Origin: Trichosphaerium sp. ATCC 40318
Lineage: Eukaryota; Protista; Tubulinea
Reading direction: 5' to 3'
NCBI GenBank assembly: GCA_038496445.1
Contig: JALMLS010000140.1
Span: 31,546-95,545, forward strand
DNA length: 64,000 bases
Shown: piece by piece, positions 26,275 to 38,672 of the stretch
How positions within the stretch are numbered: the first letter of the stretch is position 1
Layout: the number at the start of each line of letters is the position of its first letter
Made by a program: the position numbers and the translations under genes
The notes under the pieces: generated by a model
What the model was told of the DNA's origin: nothing
Database searches by the model: none
What the model saw: only the letters and a program-made list of their open reading frames with translations

Positions 26275-27861
26275 CTATTTCGAAAGTTTCTTAGTATTTT
26301 TTCGTTTTAAGTACCTTTTCTTATAGTTGTCTATGAAACTCATCATTTTAAAATCAATAGGTTGTTTGTCACCATCTATAAGCGTGATAACAGATGTTTC
26401 TTTGTTGACTCTATAAACAGTCTTACTTGTAATCAAAAGTTCTTTATCAAAAAGCCAAAAACCTTTCTCTTTTGCACCATCAGGAAATGAAACAATACCT
26501 TCTTCAAATACCGTTCCATGACTCCACTCACCAATCCATTTCACACCAGATAATTCATTCTCATTTTCAGCATTACAAAAATACAACTCTCCTTTACCAT
26601 GTCTAAGATCATGCCTATACTCGCCAACATATTTTGTTCCATTTTTCCATATTGTTTCACCAACACCACTTCTTCTATTAATTATAAAATCACCAATGTA
26701 TTTTCTACCATCAGGCCATATAAAAGTACCCTTTCCTTGAATGTTTTCTAACTTAAAGTTTCCTCTGTAAAACTTACCGTCAGGCCATGACATTTCACCA
26801 AAACCAGATATCCAATCATTCTCAAACTCACCAATGTATTTCTTACCATCAACCCAACACTTCTCTCCATTACCATGTCTTTTACCATTCTTAAAGTCAC
26901 CTTTATAAATAGTACCACTTGCTGTAACATATGTTCCTTTGCCATGTTGTATACCGGCCACGAAGTCACCTATATACTCAGTACCATCAAGCCAACACTT
27001 CTCTCCATTACCATGTATTTTACCATTCTTAAAGTCTCCTTTATAAATAGTGCCACTTTTTGAAACATACGTTCCTTTACCTTCTTTGTTACCGTTTTTA
27101 AACTGGCCAATATACCTGGATCCACTAACCCAACACTGCTCTCCATTACCGTGGCTTTTACCATTCTTAAAGTCTCCTTTATAAATAGTACCGCTGGGAG
27201 TAACATATGTTCCTTTACCTTCTCGTATACCGGCCACAAAGTCACCTACATACTCAGTACCATCGTGCCATAACTGCCTACCATTTCCTTCTAAGCGTCC
27301 ACTAATAAAATTACCATAGTACTTTGTTCCATCTTTTAAATAACATTTACCTTTCCCAGTCATCCTGCCTTTATAAAAATCACCGATATAAACCTTACCA
27401 TTAACCCATTCTTGTTTTCCTGTACCATGCTTCTTACCTCTAACAAAGTCACCGACATATACACTTCCATTAGCACCAAATAAAGTCCCTCTGCCTGTAA
27501 TTTTATTGTTTTTAAACTCTCCAACATACTTTGATCCGTCAGGCCAAGTTTGCTCTCCTTTGCCATTTTTTTTATCATTTTCATAGTCTCCACTATAAAC
27601 TATACCTTGAGGCCAATAAAAATGGCTTCCTTTGCCATGACGTTTGTTATCTTTAAACTCTCCAATATACTTTGTGCCATTTGGAAACGTTACTTCTCCT
27701 TTTCCTGTAATGTTATCTTTATAGAACTCACCAATATACTCTTTCCCATCTGGCCAAGAATATTCTCCATTACCATGGCGCTTACCTCTTCTCAATTCTC
27801 CGGTATACTTAGAACCATCACGGTACGTTTTTGTTCCTGTTTTTATTTTCTTTTGCTTCAT
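26275..27861 (-). CDS. MORN-repeat protein, intronless (528 aa from first ATG)
   Basis: About 19 tandem 23-aa repeats YxGxFxxGxxxGxGxxxxxxG in one uninterrupted ORF. Confidence 0.95.
   Translation of the reverse strand: MKQKKIKTGTKTYRDGSKYTGELRRGKRHGNGEYSWPDGKEYIGEFYKDNITGKGEVTFPNGTKYIGEFKDNKRHGKGSHFYWPQGIVYSGDYENDKKNGKGEQTWPDGSKYVGEFKNNKITGRGTLFGANGSVYVGDFVRGKKHGTGKQEWVNGKVYIGDFYKGRMTGKGKCYLKDGTKYYGNFISGRLEGNGRQLWHDGTEYVGDFVAGIREGKGTYVTPSGTIYKGDFKNGKSHGNGEQCWVSGSRYIGQFKNGNKEGKGTYVSKSGTIYKGDFKNGKIHGNGEKCWLDGTEYIGDFVAGIQHGKGTYVTASGTIYKGDFKNGKRHGNGEKCWVDGKKYIGEFENDWISGFGEMSWPDGKFYRGNFKLENIQGKGTFIWPDGRKYIGDFIINRRSGVGETIWKNGTKYVGEYRHDLRHGKGELYFCNAENENELSGVKWIGEWSHGTVFEEGIVSFPDGAKEKGFWLFDKELLITSKTVYRVNKETSVITLIDGDKQPIDFKMMSFIDNYKKRYLKRKNTKKLSK
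26850..27265 (-). repeat. Near-identical ~138-nt internal tandem units in the MORN gene
   Basis: caacac(t/tg)ctctccattacc...ttaccattcttaaagtc..ctttataaatagt recurs at about 26855, 26993 and 27131. Confidence 0.85.
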
Positions 27862-28157
27862 TCTTTGCACGTGACAAATAAAAAAATACGTGTTTGGCAA
27901 CGATTGTTATCCGGGTTGTTTGCGAACGTTTTAGCGAGTCGATAACGTATTTTGTTTAACAACGAACTCAAAATATGCTAGACTAGCGTTATAATTATTG
28001 AAGGGTAAAATTGGCTTCTTATACAGCCACTACGGTTTATACCCACTATTTGTTTAAGTCACCCTTGGTTTTTCATGAAACACCCAATACTGCTCACAAT
28101 ACTGCGAACTCAAGCAATGAACAGTCAACGTCACAGGTCTTGGCTTTATAAACTCAC

Positions 28158-28235
28158 TGTCGTATAAGGTTCCATTGCACTGCGACAGTGAGTGTGTTAA
28201 TACACTTTTGGCGCAGTGGTGTATATTTTGCGACA
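28158..28235 (+). repeat. 78-bp self-complementary dispersed element, copy A
   Basis: About 82% identical by hand alignment to the reverse complement of 48198-48274; termini TGTCGTA...TGCGACA. Confidence 0.85.
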
Positions 28236-28291
28236 TGAAGTGTCAATCAGAAAAACTACACCAGTACCAACAAGTATTTTATTTTACAATG

Positions 28292-29247
28292 TCAAGCAAT
28301 AAACGATGACAGGTTAGAGTCTTCCTGAAGTGATTTCTTAAGAATGTACAAGTAATGAAAACCTACACAATCCATTATTTAACTACAAGAAGCAAACAAT
28401 AATCAAGAAACCTTTATTTGAATCATTGTCATTGATGGGAATTTTATCAACTGTCACGTGCCTGGAAAATTATTTAGAATTAAATTTTATGCTTTAAAAC
28501 TACTTACCAATAACATCCCGATGCTTTTAAAAAATCGATTCTGTCAGAAGGAGATCCGTATGATACTACTAAAGCACATGACCCAAGAGAAAGAATTCTG
28601 AACATTTCTTTCAAGAAAAGAGTTGTATTTTGGAAACATTTTGGTCCACACTGGTTTAGCGTCTTAGCAGTACTCAAATAAAATCAACACGTACAAGAAG
28701 CGCATCCAAGGTTCCCTTATCAAGTATACCACCAAAAATACCGTCACCAAAGTAGCTCATATCCGTGCAATCCAAAGTCAGCCCTTTTTTTTTGTTTAGC
28801 TTTTTGAAACAACTAGAATCTGTTTTTCTCATTTGTTTCTGCTTTTTGAAAGTAATTCGCACGTGCAATCAAGTTGTTCTATATTCGCATATTTATCACG
28901 CATGCTTTTAATAACGACATCACTAATATCAACATTTATGACGTGCTTCCAGCCGTCTTTGACCATCAAACCAGGAAACTCTACAAAAGTACCGTTTTTT
29001 TAGCGTTTGAAGTGTGTAATACTCTACCAGAGTTGCCACAACCGGTGTGTAATATATCAACGTTCTGTGGGAGGTGTAGAGCAATGTACTTCTTTAGCCT
29101 GTCGTAATTTTGATACCAATCGAATTGTTTTGGCTCTCTACAGCATTATTAGCGCAGTTATACGCGAAATAACGCATTTTACTTTCGGTATCGTTTGTCC
29201 CAGTATTCGCTTGCAGCATAATTCCCCACACGAAGTTTCTCAGTCAT
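28292..29247 (-). CDS. EEF1AKMT4 / METTL13-N-like class I SAM-dependent methyltransferase
   Basis: YAASEYWDKRY, FDWYQNY, ILHTGCGNS, NVDISDVVI, ILDKGTLDALLCG, VSYGSP; one intron is GC-AG (28784-28866). Confidence 0.9.
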
Positions 29248-29421
29248 ACCTATGGGGTGGGAGGGTTTTTAGGGTTATTGAAGTTAAATGTCAACCAAAT
29301 TCCACAGATTCGTTTGTTTGAACTGTCACACGCCTCAATGCATTCTTAACCGTATAGAAATGTCTAATAAATCTCCTTTGATTGGATTAATAGGCGAACC
29401 ACCAGAACAACCTAAACCGTT

Positions 29422-29846
29422 ATGGGAGCAGCCAGTACGTTACTCAAACAACGCAACTAGACGTATATTAATAACATCTGAAGGCGGAATCGTTTATAGC
29501 GCACTTAGAAAGCAAAATGAATACTGTTTGTGAACGGTACGACATCGTAGAATGTGTGGTTTTGATGATATGCGCCAGATTACATTTTTTTCTGATTTTT
29601 ACTTTCGTCCTTTCAGACACGATGTCATTGACGATTCTCATCAATTCTATGAGTCTGAAGAATATATAGAAACACAACCACTTCTATCAGTACGTACTCA
29701 GGGTTCTGTCAACCTCACAAACTCTAAAAAAGGGCTCTACAATGACAGCAAATATGGATGACACATTCGCGCTCGAAGAGGATACCACCAAGAGTGAGGA
29801 TGACTCTACAACGTCTTTTTGTTGCTGCTTCAAAGTACACAACTAA
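29422..29846 (+). CDS. Small acidic, probably N-myristoylated/palmitoylated protein (~75 aa, 4 exons)
   Basis: Splicing three GTAC..AG introns gives MGAAKSKMNTVCERHDVIDDSHQFYESEEYIETQPLLSGSTMTANMDDTFALEEDTTKSEDDSTTSFCCCFKVHN. Confidence 0.55.
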
Positions 29847-30494
29847 AGCTATACGTACAGCATCACGAGAGTACACTAACTCATCTCAATTCATTGACAT
29901 GTTTTATTTTGGTCAAATAACAAGTTAACATGTGTTAAGACATAAAATCTTGGATTATATTAACATCACGTGATGTTCAAATAACTTAGTAGCTTCTGTT
30001 TAAATTATTCATATAAGGTAGACGCTATTTTCTTGCATAGGTCACATGCGAAAATGCAACTTCACGTGTTTTGATTCGACAAACAACATAACTTAATTGC
30101 TTTTATCAGAACAATCTGGACAAGCAAATACTGCAGCATAGCCTTTCTGTTCTAAAGAAGTCGTAACCTTGTTCTTTTGTTATCATTGTAGGGTTGTTAG
30201 AATTCACCACTTTTTGTAAAGCAAAAGCAACTTTTGACAGTGATACTCAGGAGTAACGTCATTCCTTTGCTAGCAGAAAAGGTAGTTTCGCATGAAATAT
30301 GCTCTCTTTTTAACAATTTCTCGATACTATTTGTACCAACCGGCGCACCCCTACACCATAGTTGTGATATGCATGCCTATGACTTGAATAAATAATCGCA
30401 AGCTCACCATGAATAGCTACTAACTATTTTACATGGGAAATAAAATAGCTTTTTAATCTTTTTTTTTATTGTTTGGTTTATACAATTTTTTATT

Positions 30495-32853
30495 TTATAT
30501 CACAAAAGTATCATCATCATCAATGCCTCTCCAAGCAAGTTCATACTCACGGTTCCAAGTCCATGCGTTAGTACTAGCTAATGGATAATCTTGAGGAAAC
30601 TTTTTAATAGTGAAATATAGCTCCTTATTTTCAAGGTGCCTCATGTACCTAAAAATACAGTCAGATGGAAGACTACATCCGAAAATGTCACGTGGTCATT
30701 TTCAATAAAAAGCACTAGTAGTATTGATCTTGAGGTTTTCTTTGTACTGTTCATTTGGGCTTAAAGGATACAATAAAAATGCAAGAAAAAAAGAAGAAAG
30801 AAGAAAGCGTGCTTACCCTCTCATTCGTTGGATGTATCCGCTCATAGTCGACTGAAGTGTACCAACAAATACTCTACCTTGTGTACAAACAATCATCTCT
30901 ACAAGAGGGACCCACCAGTTAGGTAAATCAGTTACAAGAGATGCATAATCAGAAAATGTATGGATATTATATCTTTTTCCCATAACAGACTCAAACTCAT
31001 CTTTAAAAACTTGTGGATCTTCATCTGTTGCTACATATATATCCTCTCCTTCTTGTAATAAACCAAGGGTATTTTCATATATAGTTTCAGGTTTGATATT
31101 CCTATTCTCCTTGAATTCCAAGCACGTCAAAGAAAACAAAAAGGAAGAAGATGTTGGGAAGTTACAAGTTCCAAAAAAAAAAAGTTTGGTCGGATACGTA
31201 AATCTCCACGGCGGTAATGGAATGCGCTGTATGACTTTGGTAGTTTAACTATAATACGTGCAGCAGCTTCCCACATTTCATCCATGAAATGAACATGATC
31301 TCTAACCATACGACGAGTTTCTTTGAACATATGCTTATGTGATTCTCGGAAATAAAAATGAAGATAAAAGTGATTAAAGAACGTTTGCTCCCCAAACTCA
31401 AGGACTAAGAAGAGTATAAGATAAAATAAAATATACAACAAGACATAATTCAGATATCTATCGTACGTTTAGCAGTCTTAAAGTTAGGCTCAGAGTTAGA
31501 ATCTCGAAGAGTTACACCCCAGTTTGGAGGATCAGCATACTTTCTGTTGTGACGCCAAGCTTGTAGTTTTTCCATTTCTGGAGTACCTTCTTTTGGTAGT
31601 TCTGGGTACACAAATGTGGATGACTAACATGGGAAAAAGGGTGTCAGCATTTTGTTAATGAAGTAGGATTGAGTAAAACAAAAGTTAACTTTTTCTAAAT
31701 TTAAAATTGTTTGTTGCTTTTCTTACTCCAGAGCTAAAGTCTTTCCATATACATGTAGCCTTTGATTTGATTATTTCTTTATAGTCTGGGTGGTTAATAA
31801 ACTCATAGTACTGAATGGTAGGATGACCTGACTTCATATCGTACAAGTTATACGACTAAAAAGAATTAATGTTTAAAATCAAATCTCCAAAAAATGTCGA
31901 AGTGACACGTTGTTTTTCGTACATCAGACGTCCTGAATATTTCTTTGTAAGGATACGTTACAGATGGTTCAGGAAGAACCAACGTTCGGTTAGTTAACAT
32001 AGCCATCACATATGCAATCTCAAGCGACATACGCCTGTAATTAAAGAATTAGTAAAATACAATACAAAAGAGGAGAAAAAAAAACCAACAGGTAAATGTC
32101 ACGCGACATGTCATGTTTTAAAAGGCGTACTTGTTATTGTGACCAGCTCTCCATGGTACAAATGTCATGTATCGATCAGGTATACTGCGCTTAGGCGCAT
32201 GGTGGGTGTGTCTGTCAGGGTATTCCCAATATTGCATTCTATAACACTCAAATTAAGAAGAGAGCGTTTGGAATGCAGTTGAGAGCGTTTTGCGTACTTT
32301 TCGAGAATAATTTGTTCAGTGTGTACTTCTTCAGCAGATAGAGTTGATTTATCGTGTATATTTGCGCGTATGATGTCCTCGATGTTATCTAGATTAATTT
32401 AGTTTTAAATCGACGTTGCACTTTTTTTCATTCTTGATCCGTGTAACATACGCGCTTTAGAGTCTCCCGTTAAATTTCTTTCCATTGGAAGTATAAGTTT
32501 TTTTCTTAGTTCTTTTTTCAGCTCTTTATGTGCTACATGTACTTTAGTATTGTAATGGATGCGTATGGGCGTACAATCTTTCAAATGATTAGATAAGTAG
32601 GTAAGTTTGTTTTCCAGTGATTCTATTTTGTTCATAAGCGCGCTATTACCACGCTCTTGTAGTGTTAGTTGCTTTTCAAGCGTTATGGTCGAATTTGATT
32701 GTATCTTGATTGTAAAGGCATAATAATATTCTTTCTGAAGTTTAGAGGTAACAGAGAGTTGTAGGATACAATTTGGTTAAAATTAAAAACAACGGCCATT
32801 AACACCAAGGCCCCAATAACCATCAGCATATTCTGGCGTGTAAGGTACGCCAT
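30495..32853 (-). CDS. GDP-fucose protein O-fucosyltransferase family, type II membrane protein
   Basis: N-terminal TM; AGHNNKRMSLEIAYVMAMLTNRTLVLP; FHYRRGDL; IYVATDE; VEMIVCTQGRVFVGTLQSTMSGYIQRMRG. Confidence 0.9.
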
Positions 32854-32979
32854 GGTGACGACACTGTTTAAATTCAAAAGGTGTCAACTGCAACGTTGCA
32901 CACTTAGCGAGCTTAAGTCAACCAAAAATCTAAAATGAGACATAAAAATTGTTTGTGTTGACTTTATTGACTTTCAACT

Positions 32980-34371
32980 TTAATACTCAATGGCTTTGTC
33001 AACATGCTCGTATTGCCTTAACTGCTGAAGATGCATAAGAGATTTATCTAGCCTGTAAAAGCAAGTATCTGTGACAAACTGAAGAGCTTCTTGATAGTTC
33101 ATTTGTTTTATCCTCATTGCCCATGCAACAATGAATGATGCACTTGTTGAACGTCCATGTACTTGTACTAGAATTCGCTTTCCAAGTCTTCCAACTTCCT
33201 AAAACCAATATTAATACTAGTTGCACACGTGGGAATGCACGTGCTTCGATAAATTGGATAGCAGTATCCCATGCTTGTCTCATGTTTGCTTCTTCGTTAT
33301 CTTCTACTGGAAGTTTTAAACATTCTATAGAATCAGTATCCTTCACTGTAAGTGACATTCCCTGTGGCAATTGTTAGTACAGATGAAGAAAGCATTCTTA
33401 AAGTACATCGTGAACAACGACATGTGTGATTCCCAATGATTTAAGAGTATCATGTCCAAGGCATAATTGTTGATTGTGTCGTCTCTTATTACGCAAAATT
33501 AGGATTACAGTTTAACATTAACAAAAAAAAAATACGAATTTCAAAGTACATTAGGATCCGTTGTGCATCGCGATCCCAAGAACAGATGTGGAGCAAAGCA
33601 CACCGGTAGAGATATAGGATCAGGAATACCACAAAGTATACCAAACTGTTGTTGGAATGCGCTGTACCCACCCTTGTAGAGAAGTTAACAAACGTTTCAA
33701 GTCATGTCTGTCAAGCGTCATAGAAAGTAGCAACCTACCTCTATTATCCACACTTTGTTCAAGCTTCGCAGTCGGTCTAGAAAGTACTTCTCAGAGCCAT
33801 TTGCTGTAGATATCTCAAGAGTCCCACGTCCGATATCACTTAGCCAATGTACGAGCTGTTTAGCGTCGCTAAGAGCCTTTTCTTAAAAAGCGTTAATACC
33901 GAAACGGCAATTCAATTTCGATAAACACTAGTGCTCTGGTAGCTATTATTACGTACGAGACGCGTCTCCGTAGAGTACCAGCGGCGAAAACCGCTCTGGG
34001 AAGGAACCAATATTTACAACAGCTTTAAAAAAGCTGTGGAGGTCGTTTAATTGTATGTTGCGTTCTACAGAGCTGTCAGCCGACGAAATAAGCCTTACTT
34101 TTTGTAAGATTGTATAAACAATTTTTACATACCTTTGGGAACTGGTAAGCTTATTGCACTCGCGATGTGTCCACTTTCATATGATTTTGCGTCTCGTAGG
34201 TCGATTACAAAGTAGTCTTCGTATAAAGGCAAGTTAAATACACTACAAGGTTTTATAACTTCTACAGGGAGTATATCCGGGCGTTTAGTAACCTTTTCGT
34301 AAGTTTTAGTCGTATTTATGTTATTTATGTTATAAAACGGTGCATACGCTATCTATTTGCATGTCTTCCAT
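32980..34371 (-). CDS. Rhodanese + catalytically inactive dual-specificity phosphatase (MK-STYX/STYXL1-like architecture)
   Basis: VIDLRDAKSYESGHIASAISLP, GGYSAFQQQF, HLFLGS, LGITHVV, ILVQVHGRSTSASFIVAW (no catalytic Cys); GC-AG intron 33199-33244. Confidence 0.8.
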
Positions 34372-34950
34372 TTGTGTAGTGTTTTAGTGGTTGTTATTAA
34401 AAATGGTCACAAGTTCTGATTAAGTGAACAACAGGATACAGAAGCAAAATTTTACGTTGATTACACTCTGCTTTCTTGCAATAGGAATCTTTTATTAACT
34501 GGTATAGCAGTTAAATGTAAATTCACAAGCCAAGAAAAGTGTGAGAAAACGCAAAACATGTTCGGGAGTTTAACTGAAATATAAAAAACGGCGCAAAGAT
34601 GCTTATGGTGGCGTAACATATTGACATTTGAAGCGAATGCAACCAATCCTGAGTCCGAGTGTGTAGTGAAGTGGTCTTAACAACCTTTTGGAGTAGCTGT
34701 AAGCTAGAGGTTAAGCACCACTGCCTTTTTTCGGTATGACTGGTAATTATTGTTTGTCTTCTCATATTGTTCATCATCTCCACATGGCGTATAATCACGT
34801 GGTTTTGAAACGGTTGGATTCGCTGGACAGGCGTGAGGATCACATTTAAATATGTGATATTTGCAAGATCAGCCAGAATTGTCAAATCCATCAGATCGGA
34901 CAGAAACTGGGTTTTTGCTAAAAGTCAACAACAATTCTTCGGCAAAACTC

Positions 34951-37900
34951 ATGGAACAACATTGTTGGTCCCAGGATGAAGTTTCCGAGTGGTTAAAGCT
35001 TATTAACCTTGGTGATGTCGCAAACACGTTTCGGTTGGCTTTTTTTCTTTGAAATGCTTGACTAAGCTTCTAGGGCCCATAAAATCGATGGCGTTAGCCT
35101 CATGACGCTTACAGATGCAGCGTTAAGAGAACGCTTTGACTTTAAACCAAGTTATGATCACGCTCTTTTACATTACTTAATTCGACGGTAGAAATACGTG
35201 CAGAGATTCTTTCTGCCACAGCAGCCTTAAAACTTGAACTGTACTCTAACCAGAGTCTAGTACTGAGACGCCTGGTATCTATTCCTCCATACGCCTATGC
35301 CACTAACTACTACTTAGAAGGGAGACGACGAGGCGCGCAAGTGTGGTTCAGTTAAGATTTTTTGCTTGAAGCTTTTGAATAACGCCTTGTGTAGTTCTCT
35401 TTTTTCCCAATGGAGATTGTTGTTAAAATACTCATGCACGTTGGAGAGAACGATAAAGGTAGTTGTGCATCAGTATGTCACAGATGGCTTGACGCCCATA
35501 AATACCATTTGTGGTATCACGTGCAACTTCGTCCCAAAATCCGGTTGGTGTATGACAAAAGGCTCATTTGGACATCTTATTACTGGTACAAACAAGATCA
35601 CATTAGCACACCTCCATATCATGCGCGTATACTATCATATGATGGTGGTATGTTCTTCTCTTGTATTTTTTTTTCCTCGAAATAATTAACAGCTATTAAG
35701 GAATTAGCCGTCACAAAGTCATGGTAGAGTATGCAACTCTTTTGCTTTGTTGAACTTACAAAAAGTAGTGCGCTATTTAATATTGCCGCAGAGTGCCCAA
35801 ATCTACGGGCAGTGGTATGTTACACTTAAAGTACAATACAAGTAATATTTTGTTATTGTATGTAGAGAATAAGAGGTAGTTATTTTGGAATTGGCGATAG
35901 TTGGTGTTGGAAAGATGTTTTCTCTTGTTGTCCAATTGTATCTTTTGATATCAAATCGCTGTCTAAACCTTATCTCCTATGTGACCAATTAGTGGATATA
36001 CACGAGTCGTATGTTACAAACACCTTAAATAGCACATTCTCATAAGCAAAAAAGGGGCATTTGAACTATTTGAAGCATTTAAAGATTGATGTATCAGAGA
36101 TGAATGGAAAGTTTTTTGATTTGATAGCGCCCAGGTAAGTTGATTGTCATTGCGCATCTTCATTTATGTCATGGAAGAAAAGTAGACAGCCAACGTTGAA
36201 TAAGTATTCACTCTGTCCTTAGGCTTCGTACTTTTATTTTTAAAGTGAAAGAATACTCTCAAAGCTGCTTTAAGATGTCCTTACATCTAACAAATCTGGA
36301 GTCACTAGGATTAGAAGGTAACATCAGAGCTAGAATTAATTGTCCTGTTGATATGAAGTATTCAAAGCTAAGGTAGCAACTACAACTTGTTTCATAATTC
36401 TCATAAATTTCAGGTCTCTAAAAGTGACACAATTCGTGTTCTTAAAGCCTCTACAAATCAGTACACCTTGTTTAACTACTCTCATATTATCTAATTGTCA
36501 TGGAGACTTACAACACGTGCATAAATTATATTTGAAGTTCAGTGGTTTTGTTAACTTAGTTTTTCGAAGGTTTTTAAAGCTATTGAATTCATGAACCATC
36601 TGACTGACCTCAAGATAACAAGTTACCGTGCAACAATAAATATTGTTACACCAACAGTTAAGCGCATCAACGTAATGGGAACAGATGTAAGTACAGCCTA
36701 CCCAACTTAAATATAAGATCTTACTGAACAGGTATCTTTGATTGCGCCGAACGTGGTCAAAGCAAAACTTCGTGGAAGAAAAAGCCTCAGTATTGATAGC
36801 CAAAACCTACAAACTCTTGAAGTATTGTCAAACATTGACAAACTTCATTGTCCTTCCTTACAATTTATGACAATCAAGTATGTTCCTCTAACGTACGATG
36901 CAAAAACCTTTCTTTCTTTCATAAGCTGATTAAGTACCAGTGGATCTTATCCTGGATTGATTGGGTTGAATGTGAGCGAATTACCTAAAATACAAAAAAC
37001 GACACTTCCTGATTTGGAGTACTTACACGTGATCAATCTTGAAGATGATATTTCAGAACTGCTCTCAAAATTACCTCGATTGCGATATCTTAAAATGGCG
37101 CATTTTAAAAACAAGGAGTTTGTGTGCACTAGTTCTACATTGAAAAGCCTTTACCTGGAGTCTATTGTAACAAAAATCTTAAAGTCAATAAGCATTGATT
37201 GTCCCAACCTTGTACGATTGTATTCATTAGCCATATAGCATGTCTTCTCAGACACTCTTGATTCATTTGTTAATGTTTACTTTTTAGGAAGAATTGCATC
37301 TTCACAAGATTGTACGATTAAAGATATCAGATAACACTATTAATATAAAAACACTGGAATTGGATACAGTGAAAAAAGGTGCTATTGATGATATTTGTGG
37401 GCTTTTGTCACGTTTACATCAACTTGAACATCTGACAATACATGACTTATACAATGTCCCAAAAATGACGATAACAAGCACATCCATTCAGACAATAAGT
37501 ACGCTATACAGTATGAGCTTGTAGCAACAAGACTGTCCCTGCTCAAAGAATTACACAAATACTAAAGCGATATCTAGGTATTTCAAACTGTGGAACACAT
37601 GTTAGCTCTAAGCACCTCCAAGAGTTCAGTTTAGAAACACCTTCACTAGATCACTTGCTTTTAAGGAACATGAAAAATTTGACTACAATCACTTGGGGTA
37701 AACAACCAATGACTAAGCTTACTACACTCATCTTGAGCCGCTGTCCAAGTTTACATGACAAGAATTTTACAGCACTTGATGAGAAGAATTGGCCGTTTCC
37801 ATCTATTCAATACCTACGTCTTGATGGTTCATATGTATCAATTGAAGCTCTCAAACTGATCAAACACCATTGTTCACTTTTGAAAAAGGTAACTAACACG

Positions 37901-38443
37901 TGAAATACACGTTTGATAATTCATTTGGAAACTAGGTTGATCTTCGATATTCTACAGTTGGAAGAAGAAAGGATCAACTGCAGGTGTTTACAAGAACACT
38001 TCTTTCAAGGCCCAAGTATAGCTTTGAGAAGGTGCTTATACAAATAGAAGCCCGACAGAGACTACAACATGAGAAGTTCCTTGAGCAAGCTTTGACGAAA
38101 CTTAAAATCAAACTGCCACGTCTACCTTATTTTTCTGAGTAGTAATACATGTAACCACAAGAAGTATTAAAAGTTCCACCAACACCAATCCCACAACACA
38201 AGAGCCAACAGCATCAATCCCAACAACTACTACAATGACCGAGCCAACTGATAACTCTACCAACACATCTACTTCTCACGGAGGTGTTGTGATGTCGCAG
38301 GTTTGTGCTTTGATAATTGTAGCTACAATATTATTGTACAACATAAAAACTAACAAATAAACATGTAGTATTCTAAAATATTTGTTCAAAAGTTTTCTTA
38401 CATCTCACAATCGTCGCTGGTATTGTTGTCGCTTATCGTCTGA
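34951..38443 (+). CDS. SAM + F-box + leucine-rich-repeat protein
   Basis: SAM WSQDEVSEWLKLINL...HKIDGVSLMTLTD; F-box FPMEIVVKILMHV...CASVCHRW; LRRs (LPRLRYLKM, CPNL, LTTLILSRCPSL). 3' end uncertain (38142 or 38443). Confidence 0.8.
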
Positions 38444-38672
38444 AAAGGAATCTAATCAAGTGCCACCTATAAGGTCCAAACAGTTAACATATCCAGTACT
38501 TCTTATCGTTGTAACCTTTTGGAGAAGAACTGATCTAACAACAATTAAGCACGTGGTTTAACTCCTAACCCAAAAGTAAGGGAAAAATTACTGAAAACGA
38601 ACGAGGATATTTAAGGCAGTAGTGCTGAAGATTTATAAGCTTGTATTTGTACGAATACAACAATTAGAACAA

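Noticed and set aside
1-27861. Recent endogenous giant-virus insertion (histone doublet, F-box, BTB and MORN are all common in giant viruses)
   Set aside because: The F-box/histone genes carry host-type introns and are interleaved with ordinary eukaryotic genes; no capsid, polymerase or packaging ATPase was seen. An ancient viral origin of single domains remains open.
28158-28235. tRNA, hammerhead ribozyme or spliced-leader RNA identity for the 78-bp element
   Set aside because: It is tRNA-sized with a 7-bp terminal stem, but GGTTC is at the 5' side and there is no cloverleaf. There is no CUGANGA/GAAA core. AAG|GT and an Sm-like CTTTTGG exist, but the would-be leader is not conserved upstream of TGTCG.
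32705-32769. Second U12-type intron (donor GTATCCT, CCTTTAC near an AG) in the O-FucT gene
   Set aside because: A 35-nt U2-type intron ending ctaaacttcag is equally in frame; cannot be decided without reads.
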